A stretch of DNA of 64,000 nt from an uncultured Alphaproteobacteria bacterium (lineage in GTDB: Bacteria; Pseudomonadota; Alphaproteobacteria; Rhizobiales; Xanthobacteraceae). Within the stretch, counting starts at the first letter, position 1, and each line of letters begins with the position of its first letter. The translations under genes and the position numbers were made by a program. Shown here piece by piece: positions 50,255-61,544 of the stretch. The stretch is taken from assembly GCA_963731585.1 (NCBI GenBank), contig CAVSWC010000013.1:188003-252002 (forward strand), written 5' to 3'. The notes below the pieces were generated by a model. It was not told the origin of the DNA, ran no database searches, and saw nothing but the letters and a program-made list of their open reading frames with translations.

Positions 50255-53200
50255 ATGTCAGTGACAAGAATCGCCAAAAATTCCCCCGTCGCATCCGCCA
50301 TCCGCCGCGCGGCGGCCGAGCGCATCCTGGTGCTCGACGGCGCCATGGGCACCATGATCCAGGCGCTGCGGCTCGACGAGGCCGGTTATCGCGGCGCGCG
50401 CTTTGCGGATTGGACGCGCGACGTGCGCGGCAACAACGACCTGTTGATCCTCAGCCAGCCGACCGCGATCCGCGACATCCATCTCGCTTACTTCCTGGCC
50501 GGCGCCGACATCGTCGAAACCAACACCTTTTCCTCCACCAGCATCGCCCAGGCCGATTACGGCATGCAGGCGCTGGCCTATGAGCTGAACGTCGAAGGCG
50601 CGAAGCTGGCCAAGGATGCCGCGCGCCTGGCCGAGGATAAGGACGGCAAGCCGCGCTTCGTCGCCGGCGCGCTCGGTCCGACCAACCGCACCGCATCGAT
50701 CTCGCCCGACGTCGGCAACCCCGGCTTTCGCGCCACCACCTTCGACGATCTGCGCGCGGCTTATGGCGAGCAGGTGAGGGGATTGCTCGACGGCGGCGTC
50801 GACATCCTGCTGATCGAAACCATTTTCGACACGCTCAACGCCAAGGCGGCGATCTATGCCATCGCCGAGATCACCGAAGAGCGCGGCATCGACGTGCCGC
50901 TGATGATTTCCGGCACCATCACCGATCTTTCCGGCCGCCTGCTGTCGGGCCAGACGCCGGAAGCCTTCTGGAATTCCGTGCGCCATGCCGCGCCGCTGTC
51001 GATCGGGCTCAATTGCGCGCTCGGCGCCAAGGAGATGCGCGCGCATATCGACGAGCTCGGCCGCGTGGCCGATACGCTGGTCTGCGCCTATCCGAACGCC
51101 GGACTGCCGAACGAATTCGGCCAATATGACGAGACGCCGGAACACACGGCGCGGCTGATGGGCGAATTCGCCTCATCCGGCCTGGTCAATATCGTGGGTG
51201 GCTGCTGCGGCACGACGCCGGCGCATATCCGTGCGCTGGCCGAGGCGGTCGCCGGCAAGGCGCCCCGCCCAATTCCGGAAATCCCGCGCATGCTGCGGCT
51301 GTCCGGCCTCGAGCCCTTCACGCTCACGCCGGAAATCCCTTTCGTCAACGTGGGCGAGCGCACCAACGTCACCGGCTCCGCGCGTTTCCGCAAGCTGATC
51401 ACCGATGGCGATTTCCCCGCCGCGCTCGATGTGGCGCGCGAGCAGGTGGACAATGGCGCGCAGATCATCGACGTCAACATGGACGAAGGCCTGCTGGATT
51501 CGCAGGAGGCGATGGTCAACTTTCTGCATCTCGTCGCCTCCGAGCCGGACATCACCAAGGTGCCGGTGATGGTGGACTCTTCGAAGTTCCCCATCATCGA
51601 GGCCGGGTTGAAATGCATCCAGGGCAAGCCGGTGGTGAATTCAATCTCGCTGAAGGAAGGCGAGGCGGCTTTCATCGATCACGCCAAGATCGTGCGCCGG
51701 CATGGCGCCGCGGTGGTGGTGATGGCCTTCGACGAGCAGGGCCAGGCCGATACGCTGGCGCGCCGCACCGGCATCTGCCAGCGCGCCTACGACATCCTGG
51801 TCAATCAAGTCGGCTTCCCGCCGGAAGACATCATCTTCGATCCCAACATCTTCCCGGTCGCCACCGGCCTGGAAGAGCACAACAATTACGGCATCGATTA
51901 TATCGAGGCGACGCGCTGGATCCGAAAGAACCTGCCGCACGCGCATGTCTCCGGCGGCGTGTCGAACCTTTCCTTCTCGTTCCGCGGCAACGAGCCGGTG
52001 CGCGAGGCGATGCATTCGGTCTTCCTCTATCACGCCATCAAGGCCGGGATGGACATGGGCATCGTCAATGCCGGGCAGATGATCGTCTATGACGACATCG
52101 AGCCGGAATTGCGCGAAGCGGTGGAAGACGTGGTGCTCAATCGCCGCGCCGACGCATCCGAGCGGCTGCTGGCGCTGGCCGAGCGCTACCGCGGCCAGAC
52201 CCGCGAGCAGAAGGAAGCCGATCTCGCCTGGCGCGGCTGGCCGGTGGAGCAGCGGCTGTCGCATGCGCTGGTGCACGGCATCACCGAATTCATCGAAACC
52301 GACACCGAGGAGGCGCGCAAGAAAGCCGAGCGCCCGCTGCACGTGATCGAAGGCCCGCTGATGGACGGCATGAACGTCGTCGGCGACCTGTTCGGCTCCG
52401 GCAAGATGTTCCTGCCGCAGGTGGTGAAGTCGGCGCGCGTGATGAAGCAGGCGGTGGCTTACCTGCTTCCCTTCATGGAGGAGGAGAAGCGGCTCAGCGG
52501 CGCCACGCAGTCAAATTCCGCCGGCAAGATCGTGATGGCCACGGTGAAGGGCGACGTGCACGATATCGGCAAGAACATCGTCGGCGTCGTGCTCCAGTGC
52601 AACAATTACGAGGTGGTCGATCTCGGGGTGATGGTGCCGGCGGCGAAGATCCTGGAAACCGCGATCGCGGAGAAGGCCGATCTGATCGGCCTTTCCGGCC
52701 TGATCACCCCCTCGCTCGACGAGATGGTGCATGTCGCTTCCGAAATGGAGCGGCAAGGCTTTGAGCTGCCGCTGCTGATTGGCGGCGCCACCACCAGCCG
52801 CGTGCATACCGCGGTGAAGATCCATCCGCACTACAAGCGCGGGCAGACGGTCTATGTGAACGATGCCAGCCGCGCGGTCGGCGTGGCGCAGGCGCTGCTC
52901 TCGCGCGAGGCGAAGAACGATTACATCACCGATATCCGCGCCGAATACGCCAAGATCGCCGCCGCGCATGCGCGCGCGCAGGCCGACAAGCAGCGGCTGT
53001 CGCTTGCCGCCGCGCGCGCCAATGCGCTCAAGCTCGACTGGCAGGCGCATAAGCCAGTGAAGCCGAGCTTCATCGGCACAAAGGTGCTGGAAGATTATCC
53101 GCTGGAAGAACTGGTTCCCTATATCGACTGGACGCCGTTCTTCCAGACCTGGGAGCTGTCCGGAAAATTTCCCGCCATCCTGGAAGATCCGAAATTCGGC

Positions 53201-53993
53201 CCGGCCGCACGGCCGCTCTACGAAGACGCGCGCAAGATGCTGGACCAGATCATCGCGGAGAAATGGTTCCGCGCCGGCGGCGTGATCGGCTTCTGGCCGG
53301 CCAACGCCGAGGGCGAAGATATTTTGCTCTATGGCGATGAGGCGCGCAAAACACCGATCGCCACGCTGCATACCCTGCGCCAGCAACTCAGCAAGCGCGA
53401 AGGCCGCTACAACGAAGCGCTGTCGGATTTCATCGCGCCGCGCGTCTCGGGCGTGCCGGATTATGTCGGCGCCTTCGCGGTCACCGCCGGCGTCGGCGAA
53501 GACGAAATCGCCGACCGCTTCAAGCTGAAGAACGACGACTATTCCGCCATCCTGGTGAAGGCGCTGGCCGACCGGCTGGCGGAGGCCTTCGCCGAGCGGC
53601 TGCATCAGCGCGTGCGCACGGAATTCTGGGGCTATGCGCCGGACGAGATCCTTGAGCACGCAAGAGCTGATCGAGGAAAAGTATCAGGGCATCCGCCCGG
53701 CGCCCGGCTATCCGGCGCAGCCCGAGCACACCGAGAAAGCGACCATCTTCAAGCTGCTGCCGGCGGACAAGGTCGGCTTGCAGCTGACGGAAAGCTTCGC
53801 GATGTGGCCGGGCGCCGCGGTGAGCGGGCTCTATTTCAGCCATCCGCAGAGCCATTATTTCGGCGTCGGCAAGATCGAGCGCGATCAGGTCGAGGACTAC
53901 GCCCGCCGCAAGGGCTGGAGCCTGCAGGAAGCCGAGCGCTGGCTGGCGCCGATCCTCAACTACGATCCGAAGCCGGTCGAGGCGGTGGCGTAG
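50255..53993 (+). pseudogene. metH: Cobalamin-dependent methionine synthase (one frame shift as sequenced)
   Basis: [13 protein letters not shown] (Hcy domain), [26 protein letters not shown] (pterin-binding), the B12 motif [15 protein letters not shown], and the AdoMet-activation domain. After a shift near 53650 it continues [29 protein letters not shown]...[21 protein letters not shown]. Confidence 0.92.
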
Positions 53994-54040
53994 ATTTCTC
54001 CCGCCGGTATCCACTCGTTATGTCCCAGCACAACTTCTCG

Positions 54041-54203
54041 CCTCATGGTGAGGAGGCGCGCGCGTAGGCGCGGGCCGTCTCGAACCATGCAGGCCCGAGA
54101 CCGCGGCCCATCCTTCGAGACGGCGCTTCGCGCCTCCTCTGGATGAGGTGGAATGTGTTGCGCTGTCACGGTGTCAACAGCCAACGGTGTTAAACAGCCA
54201 AGT
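54041..54203. repeat. Family B composite repeat, second near-colinear copy
   Basis: See 28617-28760; same order of blocks and same orientation. Confidence 0.85.
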
Positions 54204-54351
54204 CTTCACTTTCGTCATGCCCGCACTTGTTGCGGGCCTCTAGGGGCGCACTGCCTCGGGCATCGGGATGGCCGGAATAAGTCGGGCCATGACAATCGGA
54301 ACATGGTGCCTTTTAAACGCATTGACTCCTCACAACGCGAGGAGGTTTTCG

Positions 54352-54555
54352 ATGCCAGCCAAATCCAAGCAGCAGCAGAAGGCCGCCGGCGCCGCGCTCG
54401 CGGCCAAGCGCGGCGAGCAGCCGAAGTCGAAGCTGCGCGGCGCATCGCGCCAGATGGCGGAATCGATGAGCGAGGACGAGCTGGAGAAGATGGCCAGCGT
54501 CAAGCGCAGTAAGTTGCCGCGTCGCGCGGCCGGCGGGAAGACGCGTAAGCGCTGA
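54352..54555 (+). CDS. DUF3008-like small basic protein
   Basis: GGAGG RBS. MPAKSKQQQKAAGAALAAKRGEQPKSKLRGASRQMAESMSEDELEKMAS. Confidence 0.65.
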   Translation: MPAKSKQQQKAAGAALAAKRGEQPKSKLRGASRQMAESMSEDELEKMASVKRSKLPRRAAGGKTRKR

Positions 54556-54946
54556 CTCGCTCACTGGCGCGCAAGCGGCGCGGATTTTCGCTGCGAACGC
54601 GCGCGCCAGATCTCGTGTCAAAAGCAAACACCGGAGAGCGATGCTCTCCGGCGTCGATTTGATCGATTGTGTAACGGATGACGGCCGTTGCCGTTCGCCT
54701 TAATTTCAGAACGCTCCGAGAATGATTGCACCGAGGAAAAGAAATACGGCGCAAATCGCAAGCGTATCAAGTCTTAAGGTGACGCCCACCTGCGTGCCTC
54801 CCGCTGTGACGACCCGGCAAGCTTATCCATAATGTCGGCCGGGCCAAGCGGCGCCGGCGCCGCAGGGGGATAATTCCGCGTGAGGGTGTCACCGGCCCTT
54901 TGATTTTACTCGGAAATGTGCGTTACAATCTTTTGTTATCCCGACG

Positions 54947-56213
54947 TCATCGTCGCTTGGCGATGACGTTTTCCACAAAGGCCGCCGCTTCCAGCGTGGC
55001 ACGGTCGCGGCCGAAGCGCCCGACGATCTGCACGCCGAGGGGTAATCCGGCGCCGTCGGTGATGCCCGGCACGTTGACGCAAGGCGTCCCCATCGAGGTC
55101 CATAGCCGGTTGAAGATCGCCTTGCCGGTGGTGTTGAATCCGAGCGGCGCTGCGCCCGGCGCCGACGGCGTCAAGATGAACTTTCCTTCCAACAGCTCGT
55201 TCACCGCATGCCGCGCGCGCCGCGTCAGCCGCCGCGCCGAGTCATATTCCTCCGAGGTGATGCTCGCGGCCTTGTCCAACAGCAGGCCCAGCACCGGCCC
55301 GATCGCATTGCGGTGATTGTCATATTCATAGGCCAGCGCGCGGAAGGCCTCGTAATCCATGATGATCGGCTGCAGGCGCCAGGCTTCCTCCACCACATCA
55401 GGCAGGTCGATATCTTCCACCCTCGCGCCGGCGGCCCGCGCGGCGCGCGCGGTATCTTCGATCGCGCGCTGCATGTCGGCGCTCGCTTCATGCCAGACGC
55501 CGGTGCGCGCGACGAGCAGCGCCGGGCGGTTCAGGCGGCGTGCGGTCGACGCGCAGGTCGCGCCCGCTGATGGCGGCGGCGGCATAGGCTACATCCACCA
55601 CCCGCGCGGCGAACAGGCCGACGGTATCGAGCGACCAGGAAAAGCATTTGATGCCGACGGTCGGCAGCAGGCGATAGGACGGCTTGAATCCTGCGATGCC
55701 GCAGAACGCGGCGGGACGGATCACCGAGCCGCCGGTCTGGGTGCCGGTGGCAATCGGCACCATGCCGGCGGCGACCGCCGCGGCGGAGCCGGACGATGAG
55801 CCGCCGGGCGAATGCGCGAGGTTGCGGGGATTTTTGGTCTTCGCCGGCTGCATATGCGCGAATTCGGTGGTGACAGTCTTGCCCAGCACCACTCCGCCGG
55901 CGCGCTTGAGCATCGACACCGCGGAGCAATCAGCGGACGGCCGGTGGCCGGCATAAATTTTTGAGCCGTATTCGGTGGGAAAATCGACTGTGTCGAAAAT
56001 ATCCTTCACCCCGACCGGCAAGCCGCGCAGCAGCGCCGGCCCGTGTGCTTGTGCTTGCGCTTCTGCTCCTCCGCGCGCGCTCGATGTCGAGCACAGTGAA
56101 GGCGCCGATCTCGGCGTCCTGCGCGGCGATGGCTTCGGCGCACATATCAACGACCTTAGCCGACGTCAGGGTGCCGTCCTCGATCCGCCGCTCAAGATCC
56201 AGTACCGAAGCAT
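54947..56213 (-). pseudogene. Amidase-signature family protein (about three frame shifts as sequenced)
   Basis: GLPVGVKDIFDTVDFPTEYGSKIY, then GKTVTTEFAHMQP...AHSPGGSSSGSAAAVAAGMVPIATGTQTGGSVIRPAAFCG (AS signature), with C-terminal CVNVPGITDGAGLPLGVQIVG. The pieces lie in different frames (near 56208, 56065 and 55545). Confidence 0.8.
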
Positions 56214-56345
56214 TGTTGTCGTTCTCCTGCCCGCGACTTGACCCGAAACGAGACGGCCGTTCAAGCAACGATTTTTTATCCTTAAATACGGAGTTCGATT
56301 TCAGCGTTGATAAGTCGTTAATTCAAAGCCTCGCATTCTCGCGAG

Positions 56346-57790
56346 ATGAGACGGGGGCTCTGTTTTTCTCTTATCGGTGTGGCTGTTTCTCGGCGCGCTC
56401 GCGGGCTGCGGCCGCGGCTTCCTGACATTTGAGGAGCGCGAAGCCTGGCGGCACGAAGCGGAAGTCCAATGCCTGAAGTCCGGTGCGGTGAAGGAAGGGC
56501 CGGCGCTGGTGCGGATCAGCCCGATCGAAGGTCCGGGCATTTGCGGCGCGGATTTTCCGTTGAAGGTCGCCGCTCTGGGGGAGAGCTCCGGCCCTGGCCT
56601 TCGCCGACGACTTGCGTCCGCCCGGAGCGATTCCGACAGGGGGAGCAGCACAGCCGCGCTGGCCGGCATCGCAGCCGCAACCCGCCGAAATCTACGCCCC
56701 GGCGCCGGTCTACAACCGGCCAGCACCGCCACCTCATGCCGCGGCACGCGGCAACCCGCCTTATGCACCGCGTGCCTCCGATGCTTATGTTCCGCCGCCC
56801 GGCTCCAGTAACCACCTTCGCGAACCGGCGCCGCGGCAGGCCGCCCCGAATTACCCGCCGAATTACGCGCCGAATGTCGCCCCGGGCGAGCCGATATCGC
56901 TGCGAGCTCCCGGCATTGCCGACCTGATCGAGGCCGACGCCATGCGCAGCTATCCACCGGATCGTCCCGGCGGCAGCGTCGTGCGCTCTTACCCGCCCGA
57001 CCGGTCGGCTTATCCTGCGCCGACGTCGTATCCGGCGGATCGGCCGTCCTACCGCGCGCCGTCCTATCCGCTTGACCGCCCTGCTGCTTCCGCGCCGCAA
57101 ACCCTGCCGGCGCTCGGCCCCGTCCGCGGCCCACAAGTCACCGGCTCAGTCGGTCCGGTGGAAATAACGCCGAATGCCACGCTCGCCTGTCCGATCGTCT
57201 CCGCGCTCGATCAATGGATCGCGCAATCGGTGCAGCCCGCGGCGATGCGCTGGTTCGGCCAGCCGGTCGCCGAGATCAAGCAGATCTCCGCTTATTCCTG
57301 CCGCGGCATGAACGGCCAGGCCGGCGCGCGAATTTCCGAACACGCCTTCGGCAATGCGCTCGACATCTCTGCCTTCACGCTGGCCGACGGGCGCAAGGTG
57401 GTGGTGCGCACGGCCTGGAACGGCGCGCCGGAAGAGCAGGGATTTCTGCGCGACATCCAGGGCGCCGCCTGCCAGCAATTCACCACCGTGCTGGCGCCGG
57501 GTTCCAACCGCTTCCATTACGATCACATCCATGTCGATCTGATGCGGCGCCCCGGCGGCCGCCAGATCTGCAATCCCGCCGCGATGTCCGGCGAAGTCGC
57601 CGCCGCCCGCGCCGCGCAGCAAAAGGGCTATGCGCGCCGTACCGATCCTGCCGCGATCACCGGCTCGATTGATCGCAAAGGCAAAATGGCCGATATGCCC
57701 TCTGAGGACGACGACCATCGATGGGTCGATCCCGAGGCGCCGACGAGGCAGGCGGAGAGTCGCTCGCGCGAGCGCTTTCGCGACCCGTGA
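56346..57790 (+). pseudogene. Extensin-like_C domain lipoprotein with Pro-rich repeats (one or two frame shifts as sequenced)
   Basis: Lipobox VWLFLGALAGC. Pro-rich region with SYPPDRP-like repeats. C-terminal LACPIVSALDQWI...ISEHAFGNALDISAFTLADGRKV...FHYDHIHVDL. Shifts occur near 56360 and 56600. Confidence 0.75.
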
Positions 57791-57997
57791 TCGAATTCTT
57801 TTCTCCGCTCGAAGTGCGACTTATCCGACGTTGATCGCTTAACCCATCTCGGTAACGCGAGGTCGGCAGAGGGCGGGGAAGAGGGAGACGAGAGACGTAG
57901 CGCACTGGTTAACTCTTGGTGACCGCACCCTCCGAAAGATGCAATTTGTACATCAGGATTAATCCGAAAGTACCGGTTGGCGTTTAGAACTTCGCCT

Positions 57998-58989
57998 ATG
58001 CGCGTCGTATTGGTTGATCCGAGCCGGACCGTTCTGAAATTTGTCTCGCGTCTTCTGGAAGCGCGCGGCGATGAGGTGCGTCCTTTCACCGATGGGCGCG
58101 CCGCGCTGGCTTATGTCGCGGAGGATCCGCTGGTCGAATGCGCTGATCACCAGCGCCGAGCCGATGTCGATCTCCGGCCTTGAATTGTGCTGGGAAACGC
58201 GGCTGCTCGCGGGCGACCGGCGCTCCATCTACGTCATTCTGATGTCGTCCAACCAGGAGCGGCGCAATCTGGTTGAAGCGCTCGATTCCGGCGCCGACGA
58301 TTTTATCGGCAAGCCGCCCGCCGCAGAGGAGCTCTATGCCCGCCTGCGCGCTGCCGAGCGGCTCGCAACCATGCACCGCGACCTGGTACAGTTCGCTTCG
58401 CTCGATCCGCTCACCGGCATCTTTAATCGCCGGGTTTTCTTCGAACGGGCGCAAGCGGCGCTGGCGCAACGTTCGAAAAACGACAAGTTGGCCGCAATCA
58501 TGCTCGACATCGATCATTTCAAGCGCATCAACGACGCCTACGGCCATTCTATTGGCGACCGGGCGATCCGTGAAATCGCCAGCCTGATTTCGAATACTGG
58601 CGAGATCGTCGGACGGCTGGGCGGCGAGGAATTCGCCATGATCCTGCCGGGCCGCGACCTGACCGGCGGCAAGCACATCGCCGAGCGCCTGCGTCAGGAA
58701 ATCATGACCCTGCGCCTGCCGGCAGATGACAGGGTCGTGCCGCTTACCTCCAGCTTCGGCGTCAGCGAATGGGTTGTCGGGCGAGAGCATCGATGAAACG
58801 CTGCGCCGCGCCGACATGGCGCTTTATTCCGCCAAATCGGCGGGGCGCAACCGGGTGGTTACCACCGACGATGCCCTGGAGCTGAACGATTACAACGGCG
58901 TGGGCCGCCCGGTGCGCGCAGCACCACGGACCGAAGCGCCGCCGGCCCAAGCCAACGCCACGACAAGCAGCCCGCGCTCCGCGGCCTGA
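57998..58989 (+). pseudogene. Response-regulator receiver plus GGDEF diguanylate cyclase (two frame shifts as sequenced)
   Basis: MRVVLVDPSRTVLKFVSRLLE...GADDFIGKP (REC), DPLTGIFNRRVF, and RLGGEEFAMIL (GGEEF active site). Shifts occur near 58135 and 58775. Confidence 0.85.
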
Positions 58990-59102
58990 GGGCGCAGCGC
59001 CGCGCTGTCATCGGCCGCAACTGAGGCCTTATCACCGCGCCCGCCACACCCTATATTAGCTGCCAAGGCGGCCGGTTCGTGCCGCCTGCTGGGAGGATCG
59101 CA

Positions 59103-60083
59103 ATGGCCCGCTTTCGTTTCCGTCATATTTTTGCGCTGCTCGCCGCCGTGGCGGTGATGAGCTTCATCATCGGCGAAGCCGACGCCCGCGTTGGCCGCGG
59201 CGGCAGCCTCGGCAGCCGTGGCGCACGCACTTATTCGGCGCCGCCTCCGAGCGCGACCGCGCCTTCCACCGCCGCGCCGATGCAACGCACGATTACGCAG
59301 CCGAATGCGACCCGGCCCACGACGCCCGCGACATCTCCGTCGCCCGGCCTTGCCGGCCGACCCGGGGGATTGTTCGGCGGCGGATTGCTCGGCGGTTTGG
59401 CCGCCGGCTTCATCGGCGCCGGCCTGTTCGGCCTGCTCTTCGGCCACGGCTTTCTGGGTGGCCTCGGCGGCTTTGCTTCCTTCCTCGGCCTGCTCCTGCA
59501 AATCGGGTTGGTGATCATCGTCGCCCGCCTGGCCTGGGCCTGGTGGCAGCGCCGCCAGCAGCAGCCGGCTTTGGCTTCCGGTCCGTCCATGCGAGACAAC
59601 GCGACCGGCCAGGGCGGCGGGTTGGGCGGCTTCCTCGGCATGGGTGCGGGTGCCGGCGCTGCGGCGGCAGAAACCGGCGCGCCGCTGGAAATCGAGCCGA
59701 AGGATTTCGACGCCTTCGAGCAACTGCTTGAAGAAGTCCAGCAGGGCTACAGCGACGAGGATCTGAACGCGCTGCGTTCGCACGTCACGCCGGAGATGCT
59801 GTCGTATTTCGCCGACGATCTGGCGGACAACGCCAGCCGCGGCGTGCACAACAAGGTCTCGGACGTGAAGCTGCTGCAGGGCGACCTGGCGGAAGCCTGG
59901 CGCGAAGGCGATACCGACTATGCGACCGTCGCCATGCGCTTCGGCCTGACCGACCAGACCCTCGACCGCACCACCGGACGCCTGGTGGAAGGCTCAACCA
60001 GCCCGATGGAAGCCACCGAGCTGTGGACCTTCCGCCGCATACGGGCCGGTTCCTGGGTGCTCGCCGCTATCCAGCAGACCTGA
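59103..60083 (+). CDS. Tim44-like domain membrane protein
   Basis: Signal/TM, a Gly-rich TM region, and a C-terminal FEQLLEEVQQGYSDEDLNALRSHVTPEMLSYF...ATELWTFRR typical of bacterial Tim44-like proteins. Confidence 0.75.
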   Translation: MARFRFRHIFALLAAVAVMSFIIGEADARVGRGGSLGSRGARTYSAPPPSATAPSTAAPMQRTITQPNATRPTTPATSPSPGLAGRPGGLFGGGLLGGLAAGFIGAGLFGLLFGHGFLGGLGGFASFLGLLLQIGLVIIVARLAWAWWQRRQQQPALASGPSMRDNATGQGGGLGGFLGMGAGAGAAAAETGAPLEIEPKDFDAFEQLLEEVQQGYSDEDLNALRSHVTPEMLSYFADDLADNASRGVHNKVSDVKLLQGDLAEAWREGDTDYATVAMRFGLTDQTLDRTTGRLVEGSTSPMEATELWTFRRIRAGSWVLAAIQQT

Positions 60084-60108
60084 TCGCGACCATATCGATA
60101 AAGAAAAA

Positions 60109-60135
60109 GGCCGGGCCAACAGCCCGGCCTTTTTT
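60109..60135 (+). terminator. Rho-independent terminator, probably bidirectional (between convergent genes)
   Basis: AAAAA GGCCGGGC-CAACA-GCCCGGCC TTTTTT. Confidence 0.75.
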
Positions 60136-61395
60136 CTTCCCCTATCCCGAGAGCAGGGAGAGATTGGCCGCAGTGCCCTCGAATCTCTAGCCGTCGCGTC
60201 CGTCAGGCTTGCCATAGCCGCCCGCCGTCGGCGTCTTGATCGTCACGGCTTCGCCCGCATCCAGCAAGGTGGAGTCGCAGCCCTTCAGTTTTTCGATCCG
60301 GCCGTTGTTCCGCCGAACGCTGTTTTCTCCGACCTGACCCGCTTCGCCACCCGCCAGACCGAACGGGCGCACGCGGCGGTGCCCGGACAAGATCGTGCAT
60401 TGCATCTTTTCCAGAAATCGGATGCTGCGTGAGACGCCGTCGCCCGCCTTCCATTTGCCCCGTCCGCCGGAATTTTTCCGGATATGGAAATCCTCCAGCA
60501 GCACGGGATAACGCAGCTCCAAAACTTCGGGATCGGTGAGGCGGGTATTGGTCATATGCGTCTGCACCGCGTCGGTGCCGGGAAAGCCGGGACCGGCAGG
60601 TGAGCCGGAGCAGATCGTCTCGTAATATTGATAACGCGCATTGCCGAAATTGAGGTTGTTCATGCGTGCCTTGCGCCGCCGCCATCGCACCGAGCGCGCC
60701 AAACAGGCAATTGGTCACCGCCTGCGAGGTTTCCACGTTGCCGGCTACCACGGCGGCGGGATATTCCGGCGACAGCATCGAGCATTTTGGGATGACGATG
60801 CGGATCGGCCGCAGGCAGCCGGCATTCATCGGGATGTCGTCGTCCACCATCACGCGGAACACATAAAGCACCGCCGCACGCGTCACCGGCTCCGGCGCAT
60901 TGAAGTTGTCGCCCTGTTGCGGCGAGGTGCCGGTGAAATCCACCGTCGCCTCGCGTTTTTTCCGGTCGACGCTGATCTTCACCTGGATTCGCGTGCCCTG
61001 ATCCATCTCGTAGGTGAATGCGCCGTCGTGCAACTTGTCGATCACGCGGCGCACGCTCTCGGCCGCGTTGTCCTGCACGTGGCCCATGTAAGCCTGCACG
61101 GTGGCAAGCCCGAACTGCGCCACCATCTTGCGCAGTTCCTGCGCGCCCTTTTCGTTGGCGGCGATCTGCGCCTTCAGGTCGGCGACATTCTGCGCCGGGT
61201 TGCGCGCAGGATAGCTCGCCCCGTTCAGCAGCGCCCGCAACTCCTGCTCGCGGAAGCTGCCGCGATCCACCAGCTTGAAATTGTCGATATAGACGCCTTC
61301 CTCGCCGATGGTGACGGCATCGGGCGACATCGAGCCCGGCGCGATGCCGCCGATGTCGGCATGGTGGCCGCGCGAGGCGACCCAGAAGAGAATCT

Positions 61396-61544
61396 GCCCT
61401 CCACCCGCGGAGCGAAGCGAAGTGGCGGGGAGGGGTTGGGGGTGGGGGGCGCTTTTCTTGGAAGTCCCCCCACCCCGGCGCGCCGCTGCCGCGCCGCGCC
61501 GACCCTCCCCGCCACTCGCAAGGGCTCGTGGGAGGAGGGTGGAG
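61396..61544. repeat. Family A two-module palindromic element inside the oxoprolinase gene (in frame, no stop)
   Basis: CCCTCCACCCGC...GCGGGGAGGGGTT GGGGGTGGGGGG, a 16-nt spacer, CCCCCCACCCC ... CCCTCCCCGCC...GGGAGGAGGG. It is translated as STLLPRALASGGEGRRGAAAARRGGGTSKKSAPHPQPLPATSLRSAGGG. Confidence 0.85.
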
